Source: a virus. From it: 64,000 nt of DNA. The stretch lies in IMG/VR virus record IMGVR_UViG_3300025120_014919, positions 1 to 64,000 of that record, one strand, 5' to 3'. Below are positions 18,005 to 28,006 of this stretch, piece by piece. The position numbers and the translations under genes were made by a program. Under the pieces are notes generated by a model. It was not told the DNA's origin, made no database searches, and saw only the letters and a program-made list of their open reading frames with translations. The stretch's first letter is position 1, and every line of letters starts with the position of its first letter.

Positions 18005-18316
18005 TTACCATTTTTTGCATGACCAGTAGCCTGCAGTTGTTTTATCCTTCTTTTGATCGCATTTATGCCGGGCTCTGAAAGATCTACGAGCTGCTGGATT
18101 AGATTTGCGTATTCTCATTGTTTTCCTTTTTGCAGAAGTACCACCATGACCAAAATTAACCTTTTTTACGTTCCCGGTCTTAGGATTTTTAACATATACT
18201 TTAAACTTCTTTACATCACCCCTTGTAGGTTTATTAAGAGTTACCTTTCTGCCTTTGTATTCTGCGTCTTCATCAAATGCTTCCATAAGAGAATAATATA
18301 GTTTATCGAATGTCAT
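18005..18316 (-). CDS. Basic protein conserved in T4-like cyano/pelagiphages
   Basis: AEYKGRKVTLNKP..GDVKKFKVYVK..VNFG..RRSFRARHKC...GYWSC. Confidence 0.75.
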   Translation of the reverse strand: MTFDKLYYSLMEAFDEDAEYKGRKVTLNKPTRGDVKKFKVYVKNPKTGNVKKVNFGHGGTSAKRKTMRIRKSNPAARRSFRARHKCDQKKDKTTAGYWSCKKW

Positions 18317-18321
18317 GTAAT

Positions 18322-18334
18322 TATTTAATAAATA
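18322..18334. promoter_or_regulatory. Back-to-back divergent late promoters
   Basis: TATTTA-A-TAAATA, each 5 nt from an ATG (18316 minus, 18340 plus). Confidence 0.8.
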
Positions 18335-18339
18335 ATAAT

Positions 18340-18864
18340 ATGGATAATGATGCTAATCTAATTTTTGAACAATATAAATCGTTAAACGAAATGAGTGGGT
18401 TAGGACCTATGATTGGTAAAATGGTAAATGTACCAGGTCCAGGTTCACAAAATACAGCTTCTAAAGTAGTTGTATTAAAACTTAAGGGAGACGAAGATTC
18501 ATCTAAATGTGAAGATGGAGAAGCAGTATTTATCCAAGCTGGTGATCAAAATGAAAGTGATTGCGGTTGTGATGATTGTAATGATGATGATTATGATGGT
18601 GAATTAGATATGGCAAGAGCTGAATTACTTAAAGCAGCAGAGTATGCAACTAAGTTATTTAACCATCTTGAAAATTTAGATAATTTAGAAGGTTGGACAG
18701 CTTCAAAAATTACAAAAGCTGCTGATTACTTATCATCAGTCTACCATGCATTAGAATATGATGCATTAGATGCTGATGTTGAAGATGAAGAAGAAGATGA
18801 TGATATAGAAGTAGATGTTGATGATATGACCAAAACTGCTAAAGAAACTGGTTTTGGGGCTTAA
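18340..18864 (+). CDS. Acidic probable internal head protein
   Basis: Start corrected to ATG 18340 (MDNDANLIFEQY); MARAEL..LEGW..SKITKAADYL motif seen in T4-like head proteins. Confidence 0.7.
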   Translation: MDNDANLIFEQYKSLNEMSGLGPMIGKMVNVPGPGSQNTASKVVVLKLKGDEDSSKCEDGEAVFIQAGDQNESDCGCDDCNDDDYDGELDMARAELLKAAEYATKLFNHLENLDNLEGWTASKITKAADYLSSVYHALEYDALDADVEDEEEDDDIEVDVDDMTKTAKETGFGA

Positions 18865-20858
18865 ACTAATTTATTATCAAATATACGTTTAATATTTTCG
18901 TCCATCGAACCATATAAGTCTTGAATAAGCTCTTTTCTACCATCATCATCAGATGTTTTATATAATTCTCTTATTTGAGATGCACTTCTAATATCTTTAC
19001 CGAGTAAATTAAAATCCATAGTAGGTAAAATTGCAATATAACCGTGCTTCGAACCATATGCCATTTCTTTTAAACTTTTATATGGTTGAAAATAACTTGA
19101 AGTACCATCTTTTTTTAGTCCGAACTTAAACCGTGGTTTATCACCTTCCATGTCTTTTTCCGAAACAACAAATATAATTTTAGTTTTTTCTAAATCATAG
19201 TTACTAGTTATTTCATCTGCTAAATATGGATTATTTGTCATTTCTACAAATTTAGGATCTATACCTGCACTTTGGATCATCATTTGTTTTTCTCCGAATT
19301 CAAAAGGTGAATTATTGTCATTAGTTTTACCAGAAGTAGAGATATATATATCAGCAGTGGGAAACTGTTTAGTTAATTTATTATATATCGATGCATGACC
19401 TTTATGAAAGGGGTGAAATCTCCCCGGATATATAACTACTATTTTTGTTAAATCTTCTGCATCTTCAAATTCATTTAACATTTTATACATTTCATTAAAT
19501 GATCCGAACTTTTTTGAACCAGTTGGATGAGCTTGCAATCTTGTACCTTCACCTGAATTAAAAACTGGTGGGTTACTAATATATGATTCTTGGTTCTCCG
19601 GTGATGATGGTTTACCGGTACCAAAATTAGCGCGACTAAATTCTTCCCTATCTACCATTTTAGTAATTTCTGCACCTGCAGCTGTTACTTTTGATAAAGC
19701 AAAACCTTCTGGAGCAGTTGTTTGCCAGTTATTAGGACTTTCATCAAGATATGTACCTAACAGATCATTTTTAGTTATTTCATTAAAGATTTTAATTAAA
19801 TTATTTTTTAAATTAGCTATAATTTTAGTAATTTCGAAAGCATTTTTTATAGAAGGTTTAAGTTTTTGAAGAGATTTTAATGTAGATTTCATTTGCTCTA
19901 GCTTCTTAGCTTTACCTTTTTCACTTTTTAGTCTTTCTAAATCTTTAGAAAATCTACTACTAATATAATTAACATATTCTTCAGTTGACATCGATGTATC
20001 TTCTAAAAATCTACCTGATCTAATTTCATAATTAATATAAGTTTTAAGTGTACTAGTGTAATCATCTAATGCACTAAAATCTACCTTATCGGCTAATTTA
20101 AGCAGTTGTTTTTTCTTCGTTTTAACGTCTTTTAAAAGTAATTTACTAAAAGATGATTTATTATTTTTAGGTTTGTTAGCTAATACATTAAAAACGAAAA
20201 CTGTATTTGAAGGAGTGAATTCATCTGGTGAAGAAGTATATTTTTTAACCTTTAATATACCATTTTGCACCATATATTCAATATGAACTGCAACCCCTAT
20301 CTTTGATTTAGCTATTTGATCACCATAAGGACTATTTTCACTTACTGCATATTTAATAGTATTAGGGGTAAAGGTTAAAAATTTATTTTCATTTTTAACC
20401 CCATCGATAGTTTCTGGTGTTTCATATACTCTCATTTGCGGGTCAAACATATAATCCATTTGGTAAATACCTTTAAGATTTAAAGATGGTAAATACCGCA
20501 GGGCTAACTTTAATTTATCTGCTAAACCACCAGTACCGTGATTTGTAGTAATATCTTCTTCTGTATAGTTAATTTTTGGATTTTTTGCAAAAGCTGATTT
20601 ACTAGCTACAAAAAATTTATTATTAGTATCTACCCCAGCAACTATAGCAGGTGCTCCGTCGAATTTAGTAGATATTTTATAATCAGATTCATCTACAAAA
20701 TATGATATAGAAGATTCTATTTGGTTAATAGCTTCTATAACACCTTGCTTACCTTTATTAAGTATATTTTCTTCTAAATGGTCAATATGCTTTACTGCTC
20801 CGTCAATTGCATCGAAGAATTCTAATAATACGGTATGGTGTTGTTTAAATGTTTTCAT
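18861..20858 (-). CDS. Fusion: ATP-dependent ligase-like nucleotidyltransferase (DUF6267-like) + HxGH cytidylyltransferase-like domain
   Basis: HIDHLEE, STKFDGAPAI (KxDG), EGFA, KMVDREEFSRANF; C-terminal PGRFHPFHKGH..SASQIR; N-terminus MKTFKQHHTVLLE. Confidence 0.75.
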   Translation of the reverse strand: MKTFKQHHTVLLEFFDAIDGAVKHIDHLEENILNKGKQGVIEAINQIESSISYFVDESDYKISTKFDGAPAIVAGVDTNNKFFVASKSAFAKNPKINYTEEDITTNHGTGGLADKLKLALRYLPSLNLKGIYQMDYMFDPQMRVYETPETIDGVKNENKFLTFTPNTIKYAVSENSPYGDQIAKSKIGVAVHIEYMVQNGILKVKKYTSSPDEFTPSNTVFVFNVLANKPKNNKSSFSKLLLKDVKTKKKQLLKLADKVDFSALDDYTSTLKTYINYEIRSGRFLEDTSMSTEEYVNYISSRFSKDLERLKSEKGKAKKLEQMKSTLKSLQKLKPSIKNAFEITKIIANLKNNLIKIFNEITKNDLLGTYLDESPNNWQTTAPEGFALSKVTAAGAEITKMVDREEFSRANFGTGKPSSPENQESYISNPPVFNSGEGTRLQAHPTGSKKFGSFNEMYKMLNEFEDAEDLTKIVVIYPGRFHPFHKGHASIYNKLTKQFPTADIYISTSGKTNDNNSPFEFGEKQMMIQSAGIDPKFVEMTNNPYLADEITSNYDLEKTKIIFVVSEKDMEGDKPRFKFGLKKDGTSSYFQPYKSLKEMAYGSKHGYIAILPTMDFNLLGKDIRSASQIRELYKTSDDDGRKELIQDLYGSMDENIKRIFDNKLV

Positions 20859-22297
20859 TTTAATATAATTCTTGGTGATTTAGCTATTACAGTTTGTGAT
20901 TTAAAACTACCACCTTCATAGACATCAATATTTAGATCGAATACTACCTCAGGCAGGTCAACTAACTGATTATATACTTTTAATACATTAGCATTACGAC
21001 AATCGATTACTGCCATTGTCATTTTTTTATCATTACCAGTTGTAATAAGATCGAAACCTATTTTTTGTTGATATGATACAAGAGCTATTGCACCTACTAA
21101 TCGTTGAAAATTAGTATAATTTGAACGAGGGTTGAATTCCCTATAATCATTTGATGCAAAAAATTCTGCTAATTGCTTGTCAATACCTTTTGTATCTGAG
21201 TAAGTTTTAAATTCAGAATATATTCTAATATAATCCTCAGCTGTTAAATCATCAGTAATAAAGGTACTTATCTGACCAGGTAGGTTTGTACCAAGGTTAG
21301 CAGCTCTATTAACCGCTGACTCTATTTTTGCAGCTAACATTTTAATTGGGGTATTCAACCCACTGCCCGTCTGGCGAGCTCTTGGTGTAAAATCTTTATT
21401 AAGTTCTAAGTTAAAAAACTGATCAACATTAATAGTATTAAGAAGTCTTTCTAACTTTTGATTTTTAAACAAATTAAGTAAATTGGAAGATTTACTAATA
21501 AAATTTTTAAATAATGTTTTTGCTTTTTCAATATCATTAGGGTATACTTCTTCTATTTCTTTAATTTGATTATTATACTTTTTAAACTCACCAACTTTAA
21601 GGTTTTCATAATCAAGAACACTCTCTAATCGATCAGTTATTTTGTTAAGATAGCCATCGCCTCCTAAAATAGCACCAGAATTATCTTTACCGTTTGTTTT
21701 AACTTCTACCTCTAAACCGTCCCACTGCAAATCACCGCTCTTACCTTTTTGAGCTGTACCTAAAATTGTAAACGTACCTTCCCCTAAACCGACACCGGTT
21801 GAAGCTTTAGGAATAACATACATGTGTATATCACGAATAAATTCATCAACACCATCTTGATTAAAATTTTCTGGAAGTTTGTTCTTTATACCCTCAAGAA
21901 AGTCAAAAACAGAGCCGATCTCTAAATCAGATAAGCTATATAGATTTTGTTTATTACTGCCTACATAATCAAGTAACTCAACACTTGAAGGGTAAGAAGT
22001 TTTAATTGTTATATTTTTAAGTGCATCTTTTGCCGCTTTTTGATTACCGGTCCAATCTGCTAATTTAAAGATTTCATCTATTGAAGAATCTAATTCTTCG
22101 CTAGTATCAGCCTTAATTTGTTTCTTTAGAATTTTTGCATATGCATCTTCAATATTGTAGGTCTCTTTATCCATACCCCCACCCTCGAAGGTAACAGTTG
22201 ACTCACCTAAAAATGATACTCTCTGTCTTGGTAATTTAGATACACCCCTGCCTGCAGCTTTCTGTAAGTATACCCTTGTTAGTGATTCCCAGCTCAT
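20855..22297 (-). CDS. Putative PD-(D/E)xK nuclease
   Basis: GVGLGE...KSGDLQWDGLEVEVK. Confidence 0.55.
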   Translation of the reverse strand: MSWESLTRVYLQKAAGRGVSKLPRQRVSFLGESTVTFEGGGMDKETYNIEDAYAKILKKQIKADTSEELDSSIDEIFKLADWTGNQKAAKDALKNITIKTSYPSSVELLDYVGSNKQNLYSLSDLEIGSVFDFLEGIKNKLPENFNQDGVDEFIRDIHMYVIPKASTGVGLGEGTFTILGTAQKGKSGDLQWDGLEVEVKTNGKDNSGAILGGDGYLNKITDRLESVLDYENLKVGEFKKYNNQIKEIEEVYPNDIEKAKTLFKNFISKSSNLLNLFKNQKLERLLNTINVDQFFNLELNKDFTPRARQTGSGLNTPIKMLAAKIESAVNRAANLGTNLPGQISTFITDDLTAEDYIRIYSEFKTYSDTKGIDKQLAEFFASNDYREFNPRSNYTNFQRLVGAIALVSYQQKIGFDLITTGNDKKMTMAVIDCRNANVLKVYNQLVDLPEVVFDLNIDVYEGGSFKSQTVIAKSPRIILK

Positions 22298-22602
22298 GTT
22301 TCGATGTCAATATCTTGGGAATATTTTTTCATTATATTTATTAATCGTTCTAAAGAAGCTTTAGCATTGACTTCATTAATATCTGATAATTCACTCAATG
22401 TCTCAACATCACTAGATTCAATTTTTGTAACTAAAGCTTTTTTTATTAGCCTAACGAGTAATACTTCACCTTCAGGGGATAATTTTTCAATTTGTGGCTC
22501 GGGGGTTGGTACATCAACAGGTACATCAACAGGTACATCGGGGTCTCCCTCCGGTTCACCCTGTTCTAGTATAGAATTATATTGTTTAAGAAATTTTTTC
22601 AT
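22294..22602 (-). CDS. Probable internal head protein
   Basis: MKKFLKQYNSILEQ; PDVPVDVPVDVP repeat. Confidence 0.65.
   Translation of the reverse strand: MKKFLKQYNSILEQGEPEGDPDVPVDVPVDVPTPEPQIEKLSPEGEVLLVRLIKKALVTKIESSDVETLSELSDINEVNAKASLERLINIMKKYSQDIDIET
22508..22539. repeat. 12-bp in-frame tandem repeat (GGTACATCAACA, about 2.7 copies)
   Basis: ggtacatcaaca ggtacatcaaca ggtacatc, encodes VDVP repeats on minus strand. Confidence 0.85.
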
Positions 22603-22608
22603 TTTAAA

Positions 22609-23286
22609 TTATTTTACTTGTTTACCTAACGCTGCAAATTGCTTCTTTAAATTCTCAGTTTTCTTTTTGTATGCTGGTATACCTGCTTTATATACTTGAC
22701 CTCTATCTTTAACTGCTTGTTTTGCTTGCTGAGCTGCTGAGGCCACTAAACCTAAACCTGGTGCTCCTTTTGCTAGCGCGCCTGCTAAACCTGAACTAGC
22801 TGTTGCTGCTAAATCTTCTATACCACTTTCTAAATCTCCCATAGTTACTTGATTATCTTCTATTTCAACCCCAATATAACTAACTAATTCATTAGGAATA
22901 TATTCATCATTTACTATACGACCGTAATTACCATTAGAATAAAATTCTATAACATCGCGAAAAGTACTTTGTCTAGGTCTAATACCGTTTTTATCTTTAA
23001 AATCGTCTGAATGATTCGAAGCCATTTCAGGATCTATTAAATATGCTGGCCCATCAATACCAAATTGTTCCAATGCTTTATTCCTAATATCTTCATACTT
23101 TCTTAATGCAACTAAATGAGATTCTTTATCTTGTTTATGTATAGCGTCGAAAATTTCAGGTGTAAGAGCTTCCATTTGTTCAGCAAACTCATGATCATTT
23201 GATGGTTTCTCTTCCATTTCGTAGTTTTCGTTTGCTCTAAATTGCTCTCTTAGCATTTCATTAGCTAATTGTGTAAAGTTATTCAT
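22609..23286 (-). CDS. Probable internal head protein
   Basis: TAAATA-N5-ATG; MNNFTQLANEMLREQ. Confidence 0.65.
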   Translation of the reverse strand: MNNFTQLANEMLREQFRANENYEMEEKPSNDHEFAEQMEALTPEIFDAIHKQDKESHLVALRKYEDIRNKALEQFGIDGPAYLIDPEMASNHSDDFKDKNGIRPRQSTFRDVIEFYSNGNYGRIVNDEYIPNELVSYIGVEIEDNQVTMGDLESGIEDLAATASSGLAGALAKGAPGLGLVASAAQQAKQAVKDRGQVYKAGIPAYKKKTENLKKQFAALGKQVK

Positions 23287-23294
23287 ATTATTAT

Positions 23295-23855
23295 TTATCT
23301 AATTAGAAGCAGTTTTGTAGATAGCCTGTTAAAGTAATCTTTATTTAAAAATGTTAGCTCATAACGTTTGGTAAACTGTTTAACTTGTGAAAAGGTATAT
23401 TTACCGATATCCATATTGTTTATTTTTAAAATCATTGAATTTATCGTAGTTTGAGCCTTACCATCATTTATACTAATAAGGTGATTTAAGTATGTTATTG
23501 AATACTTGCTAATAAATATTTTTATAGGTAATATTTTATCTACTTTACGTAAAAAATTGGTAAAAAAGGTTAAAATTTCATTTTCTTTATAATATTTTGT
23601 TAATTCGCAGTCGTCTAATTGGGTATTATTGAAATAGATGATAGACTTTGATTTACTATCAAGTAATTTTTGACAAATATTGTATATAGTATAATGAAAT
23701 ATGAATTTTTTTACCTGTAAATTATTAATACTTTTTTCTAATAAATTAAATTCATGTAAAGAATTAATTATTTGAGGTTGTATATCGTTTATTAACAACT
23801 CATTGAAGTCTATTATTGTAAAATCATAATTTTCTATATGTAAATCAGCCATCAT
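23295..23855 (-). CDS. Hypothetical protein
   Basis: Likely start MMADLHIE overlapping the upstream gene end. Confidence 0.55.
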   Translation of the reverse strand: MMADLHIENYDFTIIDFNELLINDIQPQIINSLHEFNLLEKSINNLQVKKFIFHYTIYNICQKLLDSKSKSIIYFNNTQLDDCELTKYYKENEILTFFTNFLRKVDKILPIKIFISKYSITYLNHLISINDGKAQTTINSMILKINNMDIGKYTFSQVKQFTKRYELTFLNKDYFNRLSTKLLLIR

Positions 23856-24279
23856 CACCGTTATTATAATACTGTTCCAGAAACAACTTCGGTGCTTTAC
23901 CAATTCTACAGTTTATTATACCATTATAATAATTTTCACTTAACAAAACATCATTTTCAAACTGCATTTTCGCTTCAAAATACGATAATTCAAACTTACT
24001 TTGACAAAATTTAAGAATATTAAATTGAAACTTACTCATTCCAAGGGTTAAAATATCATTATTAAGGTAATCTGAAGAACCAGTATATGTTTTCCAATCA
24101 CTTTCGATAAAATCTATACGTTTACGTTTTTTACCCTTTAAAGGTTTACGTTTGATTCTTCTAACCATTTGTTTTTTACCAATATATTTTTTACCGTTAG
24201 TTATATTGGTAATTTCATATATAAAACCAAATCTATCTTCCGGTATGGGTATTTTTACCGTCCATATACCTGTATCCAT
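23845..24279 (-). CDS. GIY-YIG domain protein
   Basis: FGFIYEITN..NGKKYIGKK, ESDWKTYTGSS, E...Q, YYNGII; start 24279 is 5 nt after TAAATA. Confidence 0.75.
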   Translation of the reverse strand: MDTGIWTVKIPIPEDRFGFIYEITNITNGKKYIGKKQMVRRIKRKPLKGKKRKRIDFIESDWKTYTGSSDYLNNDILTLGMSKFQFNILKFCQSKFELSYFEAKMQFENDVLLSENYYNGIINCRIGKAPKLFLEQYYNNGDDG

Positions 24280-24287
24280 CAAGTTAT

Positions 24288-24641
24288 TTACTTTTTATTC
24301 TTGGATTTTCTAGTTTTTCTTTTTTTCTTACCTACTTTACCATTTCTTGAATAAGTTGCACCTAAAGCTGTTGGTCTTCTAAAATCACCAGGAGCATAAG
24401 CATCTGTACCTGGTGTACCACTAACCGTTGTACCATAACCCGCGGCTGCAGTAGGTCCTAATGCACCTCCACCAACTGTATTTTCATCTTCTTCACCTAT
24501 TTTTTTTCTACCTTCCGTTTTAGATGATTCTTTTTTCTTATCTTTATGGACCCGAGTCTTTGAACCCATTAATCCTTGACTATTTTTCCTTACGTTTAAA
24601 GATTTTTTAAATGCTTTTTCAAATAAAGTTGTTTTCTTCAT
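24288..24641 (-). CDS. Basic late protein, probable internal head protein
   Basis: TATAAATA-N5-ATG; MKKTTLFEKAF. Confidence 0.6.
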   Translation of the reverse strand: MKKTTLFEKAFKKSLNVRKNSQGLMGSKTRVHKDKKKESSKTEGRKKIGEEDENTVGGGALGPTAAAGYGTTVSGTPGTDAYAPGDFRRPTALGATYSRNGKVGKKKRKTRKSKNKK

Positions 24642-24662
24642 AATAGTATTTATAATTAATAG

Positions 24663-25058
24663 GTGAGTTTATTAGATCAATATATAGATGAAATAGAAAA
24701 AGATTTACAAATAAATGAATTTAATTTAAAAGATTCTTCTATGAGAGCACCAGCTCGTAAGCATTATTGGGTATCAAAATTAATAAGACATAAACAAAAC
24801 CTATTAAAACTTAGAATATTAAGAGATTCTGTAAAGAAAGAAATAGTAGGTAAAATTATAGAAGAAAGCCCTGTTAAAATCACTGTACCAGTTGCTGAGA
24901 AAGCAAGTTACAGGCATGAAAAAATGAAAGAAATATCAGAAAAAATTAGTAATGAAGAATTAATTATTGAATTTTTAGAAAAAACTGAAAAAACATTTGG
25001 TGCAATAGGTTTCGATATAAAAAATATTATTGAAATAATGAAAATGGAACAATTGTAA
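24663..25058 (+). CDS. uvsY: Recombination mediator UvsY
   Basis: DL.I.E.NL...S...P....YW and FDIKNIIE C-terminus; precedes uvsW. Confidence 0.75.
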   Translation: MSLLDQYIDEIEKDLQINEFNLKDSSMRAPARKHYWVSKLIRHKQNLLKLRILRDSVKKEIVGKIIEESPVKITVPVAEKASYRHEKMKEISEKISNEELIIEFLEKTEKTFGAIGFDIKNIIEIMKMEQL

Positions 25059-26476
25059 TGAAATTTGAATTAGCTAAAGAAAAAATTAGATTAATAACAG
25101 ATGATTTAGATTATATACGGGAATATTTCAGTGTAAAAGATGAAACAGCTCGTTTTCGAATGAGAGGGAGAGCGAGATTTTATTCTAACTCTCGAGTATA
25201 TTGTATAACACCCACGGGTCTCTTTGAACCAGGTCTTTTTTTTGATATTTTAAGTTATATAAAATTAGAATACCCTAATACAGATTACCAAATAGATCTA
25301 GATATTTTACCTATAGTTAAACCTGTATATAAAGAAGAAAGAGCATACGATAATCTAAAATTTCCATTAAGAGATTATCAATTAGACTCGGTAAAAGAAG
25401 CATTAAAATTTGGAAGAGGTATTATAAAACTCGGCACCGGAGGTGGTAAGACTCTAACTATTGCTTCTTTATTGATGAGTCTTTATTCTAATAATCCTAA
25501 AATAAAAATTTTAATAATAGTACCAGATCTCGGTCTAGTTAATCAAACATATAATGATTTTCTAGAATATAATGTATTGTTTAAATTTACTAGGTGGACA
25601 GGTAAGATAAAACCCGATTTAACTGCTAACTGTATTATAGCTAATAGAGGTATATTACAGAGTCAATTTGATAATAATGATTGGATAAAATATATAGATG
25701 TGTTAGTAGTTGATGAGTGTCATACAATAAAAAAATCAAATAAAGTAAGTAAGATGGTTAATAAAATACATACTTTTAATAAGTTTGGGTTAACAGGTAC
25801 CTTACCAGATGATAAACCAGAGCAATGGAATGTCATTGGTAAATTAGGTAAAGTCATATACGATAAGGATAGTTATCAACTTAGGTTAGAAAGCTATTTA
25901 ACTAACGTCGACATTAAGGTCATTAACATAGGTTATAAAGATAAACCTCTAGTTGTTAGTGGGAGTAATAATTTTAAAGCAGAATTAGATTTTATATATA
26001 CCAATAATTTTAGAAATAATGTTATTAAAAATATATGTTCAAAATTTAACAATAATTCTCTTATATTAGTTAATCACTTGGCTCATGGAGATGCATTATT
26101 TGATGACTTATCTCAAATTGACAATAAAAAAGTTTATTTCGTAAAAGGTGAAGTTGAAGTAGATAAACGGGAAAAAATTAAAAAAATAATGGAAACTAAT
26201 AATGACGTTATTTGTATTGCAATGAGTTCTATTTTTAGTACCGGGGTTAATATTAAAAATATTCATATGATTATGTTCGCTTCTGGCGGTAAAAGTTTTA
26301 TAAGAACAATACAATCAATTGGTAGAGGTTTAAGACTGCATGAAAGTAAAAATAAATTAATTATTATAGATCTTGCTGATAAATTAAAATACGGTACACG
26401 TCATTCTGAAAAAAGAAAAGAAATTTATAAGTCTGAAAAAATTAATTTTACATTAACTGATATAGTTGAAAAGTAG
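25058..26476 (+). CDS. uvsW: SF2 helicase UvsW
   Basis: LRDYQ, TGGGKT, DECH, GLTGT, FSTGVNIKN, QSIGRGLR. Confidence 0.92.
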   Translation: MKFELAKEKIRLITDDLDYIREYFSVKDETARFRMRGRARFYSNSRVYCITPTGLFEPGLFFDILSYIKLEYPNTDYQIDLDILPIVKPVYKEERAYDNLKFPLRDYQLDSVKEALKFGRGIIKLGTGGGKTLTIASLLMSLYSNNPKIKILIIVPDLGLVNQTYNDFLEYNVLFKFTRWTGKIKPDLTANCIIANRGILQSQFDNNDWIKYIDVLVVDECHTIKKSNKVSKMVNKIHTFNKFGLTGTLPDDKPEQWNVIGKLGKVIYDKDSYQLRLESYLTNVDIKVINIGYKDKPLVVSGSNNFKAELDFIYTNNFRNNVIKNICSKFNNNSLILVNHLAHGDALFDDLSQIDNKKVYFVKGEVEVDKREKIKKIMETNNDVICIAMSSIFSTGVNIKNIHMIMFASGGKSFIRTIQSIGRGLRLHESKNKLIIIDLADKLKYGTRHSEKRKEIYKSEKINFTLTDIVEK

Positions 26477-26499
26477 TATTTATATACTATAATTGTTAT

Positions 26500-26973
26500 A
26501 TGGCTAATACTAAAAAAGCAACCGGTAAGCGTAGAGGGCCGAAACCAAAAAAGACAGAATACTATGTTGACCCTCGAGAATTAAAACAAGAACTAATTGA
26601 TTATTATAAATGTGAGAATTGTACACCTAAATTGGGGGAAATGATTCATAAAATAGCTCACGGGTTAAGTTATTCATCTAATTTTATAAATTATACATAT
26701 CGCGATGAAATGGTAGGCGATGCTTTAGTTAAGATGTATACTGCGGTTACCAATAAAAAGTTTAATGTAGATTCAGAATACAATCCTTTTTCGTATTTTA
26801 CTACTATAGCGTTTCATGCTTTTATTAATAGAATTAAAAAAGAAAAGAAGCATACTGAGACTTTAAGTCAATATAAAGAAAAGGTTTACGAGCAAGAAAT
26901 GTTAAATTCGATGGATGGTAGGGTGTATGTTAAACCTATGAGCGACGAAGTTGATTTTGGTGATGACGCGTAA
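26500..26973 (+). CDS. gp55: Late-transcription sigma factor gp55
   Basis: NFINYTYRDEMVGDA, NPFSYFTTIAFHAFINRIKKEKK; promoter TTGAAA-N16-TATAAT-N6-ATG. Confidence 0.92.
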   Translation: MANTKKATGKRRGPKPKKTEYYVDPRELKQELIDYYKCENCTPKLGEMIHKIAHGLSYSSNFINYTYRDEMVGDALVKMYTAVTNKKFNVDSEYNPFSYFTTIAFHAFINRIKKEKKHTETLSQYKEKVYEQEMLNSMDGRVYVKPMSDEVDFGDDA

Positions 26974-28006
26974 AGTAGCTATATTTTCAGATTTACATTT
27001 AGGAGTGCACCAGAATAATGATTTTTGGTTAGGTATATCTAATAAATGGAGTGATTGGTATATTAAAGAACTTAAAGAAAAAAATATTACCGATATAATA
27101 TTTTGTGGTGACTTTTTTCATTATAGGGATGAAATTAGTGTTAAAACTTTAAATTTTGCAAAAGATCTTTTAGATAAGTTTAAAGATTTTAAAATTACAA
27201 TGATTACAGGTAATCATGATGCATGGTATAAAGATACATCAGAAATTAATAGTTTAAGTATTTTAAAAGGTTATGAAAACTTAACTGTATATGATAAACT
27301 AGCTACGGTTGACTATAAGGGTAGATTAATATCTTTCTGCCCTTGGGGTACTAAAATAGATGATATACCTGATAGTGATTTAATATTTGGTCATTTTGAA
27401 TTAGAAAATTTTAAAATGAATATGTTTAAAATATGCGATCATGGTGATGATCCAGATGTATTAGTTGAAAAATCTAAACTTATTTTCACCGGGCATTTTC
27501 ATGCTAGAGATGAAAAAACTTTTAAAAAGCAAGGTAGCTCTATAATATATGTTGGTAATCCGTATGAAATGGACTTTGGAGATACACTGCAAACGAAAGG
27601 TTATTATATTCTAGATTTAAATGATATGTCATATCAATTTTATGAAAATAATATTACACCGAAACATATTAAAATTATTTTATCTAAACTAATTAATATA
27701 ACTGATGTTGAAAAAGTATTAAAAGATTCATTACCAGGTAATATTATAAAATTAATTATCGATAAAAATATTAGTACTGACCATTTAGATGCTTTAGTTA
27801 CTAAATTAACTACATATAAGCCAGTAGAATTAAGAATTGATTATGATGTAAATTATAATAAACTTAAGATAGAAAATGATCAAGATTATGACTTATCAGG
27901 TGTCGATATTAAACATGCAATTGAAGAGTTTGTTAATATGTTAGATATAGAAAATAAAAAAGATGTAGTGAACTATTCGCAGTCATTATATGAAAGAGTT
28001 AAATGA
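26963..28006 (+). CDS. gp47: Mre11/SbcD-like recombination nuclease gp47
   Basis: SDLHLG, GDFF, GNHD, GHFE, TGHFH. Confidence 0.9.
   Translation: MTRKVAIFSDLHLGVHQNNDFWLGISNKWSDWYIKELKEKNITDIIFCGDFFHYRDEISVKTLNFAKDLLDKFKDFKITMITGNHDAWYKDTSEINSLSILKGYENLTVYDKLATVDYKGRLISFCPWGTKIDDIPDSDLIFGHFELENFKMNMFKICDHGDDPDVLVEKSKLIFTGHFHARDEKTFKKQGSSIIYVGNPYEMDFGDTLQTKGYYILDLNDMSYQFYENNITPKHIKIILSKLINITDVEKVLKDSLPGNIIKLIIDKNISTDHLDALVTKLTTYKPVELRIDYDVNYNKLKIENDQDYDLSGVDIKHAIEEFVNMLDIENKKDVVNYSQSLYERVK

Noticed and set aside
23845-24279. Mobile homing endonuclease
   Set aside because: Only the catalytic GIY-YIG module with no DNA-binding tail, and no interrupted host gene; more likely a resident late nuclease
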